The notes below the pieces were generated by a model. The model had not been told where the DNA came from. It did not search any database and worked only from the letters and a program-made list of their open reading frames with translations. Below are positions 11,450 to 24,542 of a DNA stretch of 64,000 nucleotides, one piece after another. The stretch lies in NCBI GenBank assembly GCA_001600695.1, contig BCKQ01000014.1:250937-314936 (forward strand), given 5' to 3'. This stretch comes from Ascoidea asiatica JCM 7603. Lineage: Eukaryota; Fungi; Ascomycota. Position numbers and translations under genes: made by a program. Position 1 is the stretch's first letter, and each line of letters begins with the position of its first letter.

Positions 11450-13963
11450 ATTACAATTACAAAGTCCATCTGATTTAAATATTGATATTAATTCAATAAT
11501 TAATTCTATATATAATGATTCAAATCAAAATCATATTCAAAATAATGATAATCAAAATCAAATTGATAATATTATTGCAAATATATCTTCAAATTCTCTC
11601 ATTGATGCTAATATATCTTCTAATTTAAATAATAATATAAATAATAATATAAATCCAAATATAGATCCTCAGAATGATAATATTAATATTGATAATATAA
11701 TAAATAATAATGAAAATAATAATTCTAATAATAATAATAATAACATCAATAATAATTCATTAATTTTATCTCCATATAAACAACATAGATCTTTAGTTGA
11801 CTTTTCTCCAAAACCAATTCTTTCAAATGTATCTAATGATTATATAAATCAAAAAGATATTGATGAAATTATTAATGGTAATTTCTTATCAAATTCAAAT
11901 TCTAATCCAATTTCAAATACCATTTCAAATACCATTTCAAATACCATTTCAAATACAAATACAAATACAACTTCAAATTCAATTTCAAATAATAATACAA
12001 ATTCAAATATAAATACAAATTTAAGTAATAATAAAGATTTAACAACTGTAAATAATCAAAATTCATTTCCATATATAAATTTACCACAAAATATTTATGA
12101 TAATTTAAATAATAATTTAAAATTATCAAAAAATTCTTCTTCTTTATCAACAATTCCAAATTTAAATTTAAATCATATATCAAATTTAAATTTAAATAAT
12201 CTTAATAATTTAAATAACTTAAATAACTTAAATAACTTAAATAACTTAAATAATCTAAATAGAAAATTATCTCTTAAAAAACAAATAAATTCAAAAAAAA
12301 AAATTAATAATTCAAATTCAAAAAATAGACCTGCTTTTGTAATGAAACTTTGGTCAATGGTTAATGATAAATTTAATTCAAATTATATTCAATGGATGCC
12401 AAATGGTAAATCTTTTAAAGTTATTAATAGAGAATCTTTTATGAAAAATATTTTACCAAAATATTTTAAACATAATAATTTTGCAAGTTTTGTAAGACAA
12501 TTAAATATGTATGGTTGGCATAAAGTTCAAGATATTTCAAATAATTCAAATAATTTAATAACTTCAAATTCAAATACTTCCAGTAATTCAAATACTTCCA
12601 ATAATACAAATAATCCTGGTAATCCAAATGAAGTTTGGCAATTTGAATCTCCATATTTTCAAAGAGATAGAGAAGATTTATTAGATAATATTGTTAGAAA
12701 TAAATCAAGTAAAAATGATGAAATTGAAGAAGAAATTGATTTAAATATAATTTTAAATGAAATTGAAAGAATTAAAATGTCTCATAATTTAATTACAAAT
12801 GATTTAAAAAGATTATCAAATGATAATACTATGCTTTGGAAAGAAGTTTATAATAATAGAGAAAGAGTTAAAAAACAAACTGAAACTTTAAAATTAATGA
12901 TGGGTTATTTAGCAGGAATTTTTAGTAATACTCAATATAAAAATAAATTTGAATCATTATCATTTATGAATAATTTAAATAATTCAATTAATAATAAAAA
13001 TATTAATAAAAATAATAATATTAATAATAATAATAATATAAATAATATAAATAATATTAATAATTCAATTTCAAAAACTATTACTGATAATTCTAATTCT
13101 AATATTATAAGTGATGAATTAATTAATTATAATCCAAATAAAAATTATTCAAATTATAATGATTTGAATGATTTGAATGATTTAAATGATTTGAATGATT
13201 TAAATGGAATAAATAATAATAATAATAATAGCAACATAAATAATATTAATAATGAAACAAATATGGATAATAATAGTAATAATTTTGTAATTCAAACTTC
13301 TCTGTATAATACAAAACAAAGATTAATGTTAACAAATTTTGCAAATAATAGTAATAATAATACACCAGAATCTATAAATTCTTTTAATAATTTAAATAAT
13401 AATAAATTAGAAAATTTTAATCCAGAAAAAATTACATTTTATAATAATTTAGTATCAGAAAATAATTCTAAAATTTCTAATATTGATAATCCACAATCAA
13501 TTTCTCCATTTTTAGATTCAAATTCAAATTTAAACTCAAATTCTAATTCTAATTTAAATATAAATATAAATGCAAGTATAACTGATCCAAATGTAATACC
13601 TGTTTTAAATTCTTCTAAAAAAGATATTTCAAATCTTGTAAATAATGGAAATCAAAATTTAAATATTAATCCAATTATAAATGATATTCATTCATTTAGT
13701 AATAATATTGATTTAAATCCAAGTATAAATACAATACCAAGTGTTAATATAACTCCAAGTATTAATTTAAATTCAAATAATAATAGTATTTCTAATAGTA
13801 TTCCTATTAATGGATCTAATATACCAAATAAATTACAAAATGGAAATTCATTATTAACAAATAAAAAACAAAATTTAGGATCTGAATTTTTAAGTTCACC
13901 AGGTGATATATCAGAATATGAATCTCCAAATTTTATTAATGCATTAGGATCACCTTTAAATGA

Positions 13964-14037
<74 letters not shown>

Positions 14038-14429
14038 TAAATAATAATGGAGAAGAATTTGAACAAATTACAAATAATCTTAAAAAACAAGAAGAATCAA
14101 TAAAAAATTTAGAAGATATTATGGAAAAATATAATTATACAAATAATTTAAATAATTTAAATAATTTAAATAATCATAATGATATAGATAATTTTGATAT
14201 TGTAACAAATGGAACAGAATTTATTGATACAAATCATTTTATTAATGATGATTTTATTTTAAGTCCATCAAGTCCAAATAATTTAAATAATTTAAATAAT
14301 AATGAACAAATTTCAACAGAATTTAATAATATTAATTCAATAAAAAGACCAGCTATTGATTTTTCTATACCTAATGGATCTATAGAAGAATTACCTTCAA
14401 AAAAAAGAAAAAGTGATAAATTTTCATAA
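11280..14429 (+). CDS. HSF1: Heat shock transcription factor
   Basis: HSF DNA-binding domain RPAFVMKLWSMV...FKHNNFASFVRQLNMYGWHKV...WQFESPYF, followed by a heptad trimerisation region; no receiver domain (so not SKN7). Confidence 0.9.
13965..14036 (+). repeat. (AAT)24 coding microsatellite (poly-Asn) in HSF1
   Basis: Uninterrupted 72-bp AAT run. Confidence 0.95.
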
Positions 14430-14455
14430 GTGATTATTTGAATTTTATTTATTTA

Positions 14456-14494
14456 TATGATATGATATGATATGATATGATATGATATGATATG
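14456..14494 (+). repeat. (TATGA)7-8 microsatellite in the HSF1 3' region
   Basis: Read directly. Confidence 0.9.
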
Positions 14495-15223
14495 TATTTT
14501 GTAATTTTAATAGCTATTTTTAGTCTAAATTATGTAGTTTTAGAAATAGATTAAAAATTTGGTTTGGATTGGTTTAACTATATGGTAGTATTGTTTAAAA
14601 TAGAGTAATTAAACTTTTATTATCTTGGTTATTGATATAGACTTTATTTTGAATATTGGTTTATTAAGAAGAAATAATTACTGCATATGAAATTAGATAG
14701 AATTTCTCAATCATCAAATATTTAAAGATATTTTTGATATTGAGTATCAATATTCTCATTTCTAAAATTGAATTGGAATTTGATTTATAATTTGTAGAAT
14801 TCTGAAAGATTAAAACTATTCTTATTATCAAAAAAGAAAGAAAGTATCTTAAATAACAAGTGCAATTGGCATTGAATAAAACAATGAAATAAAATAAAAA
14901 ACAGTTAAACAATTTTAGATTAAAAAGATAACGAGATTATAGAACAAACCAAAAGAGGGAATCCGCCCGAGGGTATAAACTCAAAAAGTCAGGTGATTAA
15001 ACCCGAATAAAGCCGAAATTCAATCTGGATTGGCCACGGATCCGGATTATCCGCGGATTGTTTTCAATCTCGGCAGAAGAAACAAGAAAAGAAGAAACAA
15101 AAGAAGCAGAAGAAGCTGCAGAAGCAGAAGCAGAAGAAATATCGCCACCAGATTCAAAAGAAGGTAGAATATCTGAAGAAGAGAAGAAGAAGAAGATAGT
15201 TACATCTATTATAGCTCATTTCA

Positions 15224-18200
15224 ATGGAAGAAATAAAGAAAGTAGTAACATTTAAAAAAATCTCAAAACTTCTTTCAAAAGAATTAGAATTAAATGAAAA
15301 TGATGAAAATTTAAAAACTTTATCACAATTTATAATTGAATTAAATTTAAATTCAAAAAATTTAAAAGAATTTAAAATTTCTTTAATTAATAATGATGCT
15401 GAATTTAATGATGATTTAATTAATCAAATTTATAATATTATTCATAATTCTCATCCAAAATTTTCAAATTTAAATAAAATTAATGATGAAGTGAAAAAAA
15501 GTATTCCTATAAAACTTCAAAAACAAAGTAATGGAAATGATATTCATTATATAGATCATGATGATAATATTAATGATAATAATCATAATAAGATAAAAAG
15601 ACAGAAACAAAATGAAAATGAAAATCAAAATCAAAATAAAAACAAAAAAGAAAATTTATATGAAGATGAATATCCAATTTTAAATAAAATTTATTATGCA
15701 AAAGTTAAAAATATAACTAAATTTGGTTGTTTTTTAAAAATTAATCAAATTAAAAATTCTCCAGATGCTTTATTACATATATCTCAAATTTCAAATGAAA
15801 AAATTGAAAATTTAAATGATATTATTTCAATTAATGATAATCTTTTTGTTAAATTAATAAAATTTGATAAAATTAATAATAAATTAAATTTATCAATGAA
15901 AAATATTGATCAAAATTTAGGTATAGAAATTATTCAAGATAATAATAATATTAGTAATAATATTTCAAGAAAAAGAAATAATAACTCCTATAAAGGAACT
16001 GGTAGTAATGCAATTGATCTTTCAAGAGGTAGACCTGAAGAAAAAATTGCAATTCATGATAATTCTTCTAAAAAAAGATTAAGTTCTCAAGAAAGATTTG
16101 AATTACAACAATTAAAAGCTTCTGGTTTCTATTCCAATGATGATTCTAATAATAATAATTCCATTATTTCAAATAATAATAATAATATTAATAATAATAA
16201 ATTTAAAATAAATTTAGAAAATGATTTTCATGAAGATTTTGAAGATGAAATTGAAAATGAATTTGATAATGAAGAAGATATTCAAATTGAAATTAATAAT
16301 GATATACCTCCATTTTTAGGAAATGGTAATAATAATAAATTTTTAAAAAAATTTCAAATTGATGATAATTTTTCAAATAAAATTATTAAAAATCCAGAAG
16401 GTAGTTTAAATAAAAGTATTTCAATTGGTTCAAAACTTTTATTAGAATTTAAAGAAAAAAAATTACAACAATTAAAACAATTAAGATTCAATTCAATTGA
16501 AAAAAAAAAATTATCAAGAATAAATGATCCAATGTTTAATAATAATAATAATAATAATAATAATATTAGTACTAATAACAATGAAGATGATAACATAATT
16601 AATGAAATTGATGAAAATTTTAATTGGAAATCAAATAAAAGAAATAAAGATATTTCATTTGGTAAAAAATCAAAATTATCAATTAAAGAACAAAAAGAAT
16701 CTTTACCAATTTTTAAAATGAGAAATCAATTAATTTCTTTATTAAATAATAATCAATGTATTGTAATAATTGGTGAAACTGGTTCTGGTAAAACAACTCA
16801 AATTCCTCAATTTTTAGAAGAAGAAGGTTTTTCAAATCCTGGTAATGGTATGATTGGTATTACTCAACCAAGAAGAGTTGCTGCAGAATCTGTTGCAAAA
16901 AGAGTTGCTGAAGAAAAAAATGTTTATTTAGGTGATGAAGTTGGTTATACAATTCGTTTTGATGATAGAACTTCTCAATATACTTCAATAAAATATATGA
17001 CTGATGGTATGCTTCAAAGAGAAGCTTTAATTGATCCAGATATGACTAATTATAATGTTATAATGTTAGATGAAGCTCATGAAAGAACAATTGCAACTGA
17101 TATTCTTTTTGCTTTATTAAAACAAGCTGCAAAAAGAAGACCAGATTTAAAATTAATTATAACTTCTGCAACTTTAGATGCTGAAAAATTTTCAAAATAT
17201 TTTGATAATTGTCCAATTTTAAATGTACCCGGAAGAACATTTCCAGTTGAAATAATTTATTCAAAAGAGCCTGAATATGATTATTTTTCTGCAACTTTAG
17301 ATTCAATTGTTAAAATTCATATTTCTGAACCAAAAGGTGATATTTTAGTTTTTTTAACAGGTCAAGAAGAAATTGATACATGTTGTGAAATTTTGAATCA
17401 AAGAATGAAAACTTTAGGTAAATCAATTCCTGAATTAATAATTTTACCTGTTTATTCTGCTTTACCAGGTGAAATGCAAAGTAAAATTTTTGAACCATCT
17501 CCAAATGGTTCAAGAAAATGTGTTATTGCAACAAATATTGCTGAAACTTCAATTACTATTGATGGAATTTATTATGTTATTGATCCTGGTTTTGTAAAAA
17601 TGAATGCTTATGATCCAAAATTAGGAATGGATTCTTTAATAATATCTCCAATTTCTCAAGCTCAAGCAAAACAAAGAGCTGGTAGAGCTGGTAGAACAGG
17701 ACCTGGAAAATGTTATAGATTATATACTTCAAAGGCTTATGAAACTGAAATGCAACCAAATTCAATACCTGAAATTCAAAGACAAAATTTATCAAATACA
17801 ATTTTAATGTTAAAAGCTATGGGTATCAATGATTTATTAAATTTTGAATTTATGGATCCACCTCCTGAACCAATTTTAACTACAGCTTTAGAAGAATTAT
17901 ATAATTTATCTGCTTTAGATGAAGAAGGACTTCTTACAAGATTAGGTAGAAAAATGGCAGAATTTCCAATGGATCCTTCATTAGCAAAATCTTTAATTAC
18001 TTCTGTAGATATGAAATGTTCAATAGAAATGTTAACTATAGTTTCAATGCTATCAGTACAAAATATATTTTATAGACCAAAAGATAAAAAAGAAATTGCT
18101 GATAGAAAAAAAGCAAAATTTAATAATCGTTATGGGGATCATATTACTCTTTTAAATGTTTATAATTCTTGGCAATTAAATAATTGTCTGAAAGGATGGT

Positions 18201-18673
18201 GTGATGATAATTTTATCCAAGAAAGAAGTTTAAGAAGAGCAAGAGATATTAGAAATCAGTTATTAAAAATTATGCAAAGATATAAACATCCTTTGATAAG
18301 TTGTGGGAAAAAACTAGATTTGATAAGAAAAACTTTATGTTCTGGATTTTTTAAGAATTGCGCCAAAAGAGATCCTCAAGAAAGAGGTGTATATAAGACA
18401 TTGATTGGTAGAACAGAAGTTTTTATGCATCCATCTTCAGCATTATTTGGGAAAAGTGGTGTAGATTATGTTATTTATCATACATTATTATCGACAACAA
18501 AAGAATATATGACTTTTGTAACATCAATTGATCCAAAATGGTTAATTGAAGTTGCATCTACATTTTTCAAACTTTCAGATGGAACTAATAGAAAAAATAT
18601 GGATAAATTCTCTTTGAGATCTTTAACAGCAAGTAGAGGTCCAAGGAAAAAGTCAATTATGCCAAAGTTTTAA
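15224..18673 (+). CDS. PRP22: DEAH-box splicing helicase Prp22/DHX8
   Basis: S1 domain (YAKVKNITKFGCF...LLHISQI), GETGSGKTTQ, TQPRRVAA, DEAHER, SATLDA, QRAGRAGRTGPGKCYRLY. Confidence 0.95.
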   Translation: MEEIKKVVTFKKISKLLSKELELNENDENLKTLSQFIIELNLNSKNLKEFKISLINNDAEFNDDLINQIYNIIHNSHPKFSNLNKINDEVKKSIPIKLQKQSNGNDIHYIDHDDNINDNNHNKIKRQKQNENENQNQNKNKKENLYEDEYPILNKIYYAKVKNITKFGCFLKINQIKNSPDALLHISQISNEKIENLNDIISINDNLFVKLIKFDKINNKLNLSMKNIDQNLGIEIIQDNNNISNNISRKRNNNSYKGTGSNAIDLSRGRPEEKIAIHDNSSKKRLSSQERFELQQLKASGFYSNDDSNNNNSIISNNNNNINNNKFKINLENDFHEDFEDEIENEFDNEEDIQIEINNDIPPFLGNGNNNKFLKKFQIDDNFSNKIIKNPEGSLNKSISIGSKLLLEFKEKKLQQLKQLRFNSIEKKKLSRINDPMFNNNNNNNNNISTNNNEDDNIINEIDENFNWKSNKRNKDISFGKKSKLSIKEQKESLPIFKMRNQLISLLNNNQCIVIIGETGSGKTTQIPQFLEEEGFSNPGNGMIGITQPRRVAAESVAKRVAEEKNVYLGDEVGYTIRFDDRTSQYTSIKYMTDGMLQREALIDPDMTNYNVIMLDEAHERTIATDILFALLKQAAKRRPDLKLIITSATLDAEKFSKYFDNCPILNVPGRTFPVEIIYSKEPEYDYFSATLDSIVKIHISEPKGDILVFLTGQEEIDTCCEILNQRMKTLGKSIPELIILPVYSALPGEMQSKIFEPSPNGSRKCVIATNIAETSITIDGIYYVIDPGFVKMNAYDPKLGMDSLIISPISQAQAKQRAGRAGRTGPGKCYRLYTSKAYETEMQPNSIPEIQRQNLSNTILMLKAMGINDLLNFEFMDPPPEPILTTALEELYNLSALDEEGLLTRLGRKMAEFPMDPSLAKSLITSVDMKCSIEMLTIVSMLSVQNIFYRPKDKKEIADRKKAKFNNRYGDHITLLNVYNSWQLNNCLKGWCDDNFIQERSLRRARDIRNQLLKIMQRYKHPLISCGKKLDLIRKTLCSGFFKNCAKRDPQERGVYKTLIGRTEVFMHPSSALFGKSGVDYVIYHTLLSTTKEYMTFVTSIDPKWLIEVASTFFKLSDGTNRKNMDKFSLRSLTASRGPRKKSIMPKF

Positions 18674-19231
18674 ACTACATTTCCTAGAAATTGAATAAAA
18701 TTTCAAATGATCTAATTTTATTAAGAAAACTTGAAGCTGATCTGTTTATAAAAGATGTATAATCTCACAATCTATCTATTTCTATAAAAAGGAATGTTTA
18801 ATAATCAAAACGATTGCTTATTTGAACTACAATATAACAGCTTTTATTTGAATTTGTGGATCAAATATATATACCGGAGCAGCCAGAATAAATTTCTTTG
18901 CAAATTAGAGATTCTTGCTTTGTGATTGTAGATATTCAAATTGAGATGCCTAATGGACCTTTGTTTAAAGAATAGTTGCCAAAGAAATTATTTTTTATGA
19001 GTGAGTGAACACTTATTCAGCTAAATCATTAATTCTTATTAGCATTAGTAAATAATATACACTTCTGCAAATTCAGAAAAAACAATTATTATTATAATGC
19101 CTTTCTAATTTCTGTGCAAATGGGTTTCAATTTTTCAAATATTCCTAACAATTGAAATAAGCTACTCAATTAGAAGTAAAAACTCTATAGACTTTTTCAT
19201 TTTTTTTTTTTGTTTATTTAACAAGATTGAA

Positions 19232-20374
19232 TTATGATTTCAAATTTAACTTTTCTTTATATTGATCTAATAAATTAATTGTTGTTTTCCAATTTTGTTT
19301 TAAATTCCTTAGTTCATCATTAACTAAAGTCAATTGATTTTCTCTTTCACTTAATAGTTTTTTATATTGATTAATTTTTTCATTTGTAAATTTATCAATA
19401 TCAATATTTGAGAAACTTGACTGTGATAAAATCTTAATAAAATTTAATTTAAAATGTGTAAAATTTAAATCATTATATTCATGTATTAAATTTAAATTAT
19501 TATTATCAAAATACTTGATAATATCTTTTTCTTTATCTTTTTCTAAATTTAGTTGATCATTAGAAAGATAGTTATATAAATTAATTAAAAATGATGATAG
19601 TTGATTATTTTGATCTTTCATTGAATTCAATGAAGTTAATAAATTCTGTCTAGAAATATTTTCATTTTTTTCCTTTATTTTATCTGTTTCATTTTCAACA
19701 TTTATTGTTTCATTTGTATTAAAATTTAAATTTGTGGTTAGGTTTATTGGTTGTATAGAATTTGATTTCAGTTTAAGAATAACATTTTGATCATTTTCTT
19801 TAAAACTTTTATTTTTAATGTTTATCAAAGTTAATATCTTATTACTTAAATTTTCGATCACTTGGTTATTTTTATTTTTAGTTATTCTTGAATCTGTAAG
19901 TAAATCCTTATAATTATTATTTAGAGAAGTAAATTCATTAGAAAGATTTGATAATTTAAAACTAGTTTCTTTTACACTTTTTTGTAATTTAGAATTTTCA
20001 TTCAATAACTTGAAATTCTGAGTTCTTAAATCTTTATTCGTTAACCTTATCTTTAAATAATTTTTAGCTAGTCTTTGATATAATAAATTGTTATTATTAG
20101 TGTTGGATATTGAGGTTATTGAACTATCCGCTTTTAATTTTGATTTTGATTTAGCTCTATCCAATTTATTCAATAAAGAACTTATTATATTTATTATATT
20201 CTTATCATTGGAGATCATTACACTTTGATTATCTTTTAAAGCTCCAGAATCAACAGATTGAAATAATAGTTTACCAGTTTGAGATGAAAGATCAATGAAA
20301 CCTTTTGTTGATAGTCTGGAATTGATAACATTAGAGGCAGCTTTAATTGACTCTAGTTCCTTTTCGATATTCAT
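19232..20374 (-). CDS. Coiled-coil protein, possibly ADIP family (Msd1/SSX2IP/Atg25-like)
   Basis: First ATG at 20374 (the track start at 20410 is TTG). N-terminal AASNVINSRLSTKGF...NIINIISSLL recalls the ADIP-domain start; long heptad regions follow. Family call is tentative. Confidence 0.55.
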   Translation of the reverse strand: MNIEKELESIKAASNVINSRLSTKGFIDLSSQTGKLLFQSVDSGALKDNQSVMISNDKNIINIISSLLNKLDRAKSKSKLKADSSITSISNTNNNNLLYQRLAKNYLKIRLTNKDLRTQNFKLLNENSKLQKSVKETSFKLSNLSNEFTSLNNNYKDLLTDSRITKNKNNQVIENLSNKILTLINIKNKSFKENDQNVILKLKSNSIQPINLTTNLNFNTNETINVENETDKIKEKNENISRQNLLTSLNSMKDQNNQLSSFLINLYNYLSNDQLNLEKDKEKDIIKYFDNNNLNLIHEYNDLNFTHFKLNFIKILSQSSFSNIDIDKFTNEKINQYKKLLSERENQLTLVNDELRNLKQNWKTTINLLDQYKEKLNLKS

Positions 20375-21067
20375 TTCTTGATAATATAAGAACAGCACAA
20401 GGACATACAAGATATAAATAATTAAACCAACTGAATATAAGGCTTTTCTGATTGATCTACTTAAAAGAATGAGTAAAATAGAATCACTTCTTCAAAATAT
20501 CAATTCTTTGGCTGTTTTCGAAGTTTCTTGTTTGTTTACATTTGTCAAGAACTTTAAAACAAATCAAAACGGGCTGAAATTTACTCAGAATCTCTATCTG
20601 TGCCACGATATACACACATATTGTTTCCAAAAAGTGATTTTATTGATCAACTGTTAGCTTTAGTGTTTTGATATTTCTTTAGAAACAGAAATACCGAAAA
20701 GACCTTTGAGTAATGTTTATTTTAAGATAACAAGTATCCTATTTAAATTATATATATCAACGCTTATAAAAAGAAAGTCTTTAGTTCTAGAAGATTATCC
20801 ATAAAGAATTTACTAGAAGTGTATTACCACACAAAATAACATTTTCCAAATGTTCTCTAACATGAATTGACCAATTAAACACAAAAATTTTAGAAAAATG
20901 CTGAATTTTCATTTACAATAATCAGAAATGAGCATATCCTAATCTCTATGCACTGTGTTACTGGATCCATTTAAATTACCTCTGTTTGCCATATACCGTT
21001 GGATATGTTTCAGTAAGTTAAAAAAGTTATATTTTTTTTTTTCTAAATTAAAAAAAAAGAAACAGAA

Positions 21068-22667
21068 TTAGAAAACTGACCTTATTGTTTGTGTTTCCAT
21101 TATTGGCATGTTTGGTTCTGGCCCATCTGGAATTAAATCCAATGAAAGCTTTTTATCTAAAATATCACCTATAATTATTGTTGCAGCTGGTTTTGACATA
21201 ACCAAAAAATTTTCATTACATAAACCTGTTGCTATACATTCAGGACAACCATCTTTACATTTACATTCACTAATTACTTTAAAAGCATTTTCCAATAATA
21301 AATAAATATTTTCAAAACTTTTAAAGGATATTCCATTTCCAAATTCATTACCTTTATTATCAAAAAATATTAATCTTCCAGGTCTAATTCTTGTTGTTTG
21401 TTTTGTTGCAAATTCTTTCTCAGGGGCTTTACATTCAGATCCAAGTTCTCCACAAACTCCAATTGTGGGTAATAAACCCATTATTAAATGTTGAGCTGCA
21501 TGAATTCCACCACTTGCGGAAAGTTTTTTTGATTTAATTACGTCTAAAGTTTCTTTTTTTATATCAATCCAAAATCCTTTACTATCTCTAAAAACAGGAG
21601 GATTATCTACGTCAACTGATTCAAGAATTTGTCCCTTACTATTCATTTTAAAAAATGCAAAAACATAATGAGAAATTTTAATATTACCATAACAAATTTT
21701 TGAATCTTTTTCATTTCTTGAAAGAATTTTCAGAGGATCAACATCAGTAAAATCTCTAGCCTTTGTGATATAATTTGCATTTGTTCTTTGAATTCTTGCA
21801 ACTAAAGATTCTGTATCAAATTCTCTTATAATATAAGGAAGTCCTTGATGAATATAAATTCCACCTTCAAAAATTGTAAAATTAACTCTTGACATTTCAA
21901 TTTCTTCAGTAACAAATTCTTTTCCAGGATGAGTCATATCAACTACGGCAACGGATTTTTCAGTATTTCCTCTCAAAGAAACAAGAGCACTTGGATATGG
22001 TAAATATTTTTCATTTGGATTATAACCATATTTATCTTTTAATAAAGCTCTTTCACATAAATCTTTTAAAATTTTTTTACCACCAAAAAATTCACCATCA
22101 GTTTCAATATTTATTGGTAATTCAAAACTTGCACATTGTAAATGAGCTTCAAGAATAACTTTATTATTAAAATCAAGAATAATATTATCACCTTTAGTTT
22201 TTAATAATTTATTCATATCATCAATATAAAATTGACTTACAGGTTCACTACCACCAATTAAAATTGACATTGAATCTTTATTTCTTCTACCAGCTCTACC
22301 AGTTTGTTGCCAAAAACTTGTTAAAGACATTGGAAAACCACAATTTAAAACAACATCTAAAGAACCAATATCAATACCAAGTTCTAAAGCATTTGTAGCA
22401 ATGATCGCAGATAATTCATTACTAAACATATCTTTTTCAATTTTTCTTCTTTCATAAACTGAATAACCTCCACGATATGCCATAATTTTATCTAATAATT
22501 TTAACAGATTTTGTTCAGATAAAATACTTCTAACTTCTTTCATAAGTAATTCAACAGTTCTTCTAAAAGTACAAAATGTAATTAATCTAAAACCTTGAGA
22601 GACTAAATAAACTAAAATTCTTGCAGTTTCAAGTATAAATGAAATTCTTCTACCAGATTTTATTTCT

Positions 22668-22698
<31 letters not shown>

Positions 22699-24226
22699 CT
22701 TTATTTTTGATTGTTCTGACATCAATTCTAGTTGGTGGATTCCAACCAACTAACAATTTATTACCCTTTTCGGAACCATCTTTATCAATTAAAACAATTT
22801 CATCAGATGAGGAATTATTTAAATTGAATAAATTTTGCATAAAATTTATTGGATTATTTATAGTTGCAGAACAACAAATTATTTGAAAATTATTATTACC
22901 TAAATAATGACAAATTCTTTTTAATCTTCTTATAACCATCATAACATGAGAACCTAAACCACCATTATAATAATGAACTTCATCAACAACTAAATATTTT
23001 AAATTAATTAAGAAATTAGTCCACATATTATGATTTGGTAAAATTGAAGCATGAATTGTATCTGGATTTGTAAAAAGAATTGAAGAATTTTTTCTAATTG
23101 AATATCTTTCATTTTTTGGAGTATCACCATCATAAGTATTTATATTGATATTATTTAAAATTGGAATTAATTTTAAAAAAGATTCTAAAGATCTTTTTTG
23201 ATCTTGAGCTAAAGCTTTTGTTGGAAAAATTAATAAAGCAGTTGGAATCTTATCAAAATTAAATTTTTTTGACTTAATTATAGAATTTAAAATTGGTACT
23301 TGAAATACAATACTTTTACCACTTGAAGTTGAAGTTGTGATGATTACATGTTTATTATTTTGAATTGCAATTAAACCTTGAGCTTGATGAGAATAAAATT
23401 TATTAATATTTTTTTCTTTTAAAGCATTATACATTAATGGATCAATATTTAAATCAGATAAAGAATTTTGAATTAATTGAGCTTTTTGACCTTTAATTTC
23501 AACACTTGAATTTATTTGATCTAAATAAAAATCTGATTGTTTGATTTTAAGAAATTGAGAAATTGAAATATGATTTTTATTCTTATTTTCAGAATCTGAA
23601 TTCAAATCTGAATCTATATCTGAATCTGAATTGAATTCGGAATTTGTATTTGATTCAGAACCTGATTCATTATTAGAATCTTCATCTGATTCTTTATCTG
23701 GAATTATTTTCAAAACATTATTTTCAGGTAAATATTTTTTTGAGAATTTATTTAATTTTCTCATTGCAATTTTATTATTACTAATATCTTCATTTTCTTT
23801 TAAAAATTTTTTAATTGCAAATTCAAAAAAAATATTCCTATTTTTAATTAATTCAATTAAATTACCAGATTTATTTACAAAATCAAATATTAATAATGAA
23901 TTTTTATAATTATTATCTTTAATTTCAAAAATATCATTATCCATTTGAATTTTTTCATCATTTTTAAATCTTGCTTTTTCTGGTATTAAATAAATTATTT
24001 TACATAAATCAAATAAATTAATTTTTTTATTTTTTTTGATAAATGAATTCTTTATTGTTTCAAAAGTTGTTGAAATGTTCTTACTTGATAAAAATGAAAC
24101 AAGAATATTAACTTCATTGAAGATATTTTGAAGTTCTTTGAAACCTGAATTTCTTTCAATTGCATCACTTAATTTTGGTCTTTTACTATAGGTTTCCTTA
24201 CTTGATGGCAATGATCTTTTCGACAT
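21068..24226 (-). CDS. HRQ1: RecQ4-like helicase Hrq1
   Basis: TSTSSGKS, FPTKALAQDQ, DEVH, SAT, ATNALELGIDIG, QQTGRAGRR; C-terminal Zn motif CKCKDGCPEC. Confidence 0.94.
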
Positions 24227-24542
24227 TGCTTTGAATTGAATAGTGAGATTGAATTCTACTTAGCTAGACTGACTAGAAACAGAAACAGAAATGGATTGAT
24301 AAATGATTATTATCAATGATTACATTGTCTGGATGAACATTTCTTCTTCATTTCATCTTCATTTATAATCTATTTCTTGTTTATATCTCTTTTATTTTCT
24401 TTTCATTGCTTGTTTTTGATTTCGTTGTTTTCGAATTAAGCGCCGGAAGAAGACCCACGAAACTGGTCTCAGAACCCAGTACCTTTTTAATATTCTATTT
24501 ATTACTACTATTGGTATATTTATTCATTTATTTTAATACTAT

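Noticed and set aside
15058-15255. 65-aa Glu/Ala-rich ORF overlapping the PRP22 start
   Set aside because: TTG start; purine-rich GAAGCA repeats in the PRP22 leader explain it.
20374-20410. GTATGT donor just upstream of the coiled-coil gene
   Set aside because: No branchpoint or acceptor was found before the ATG at 20374.
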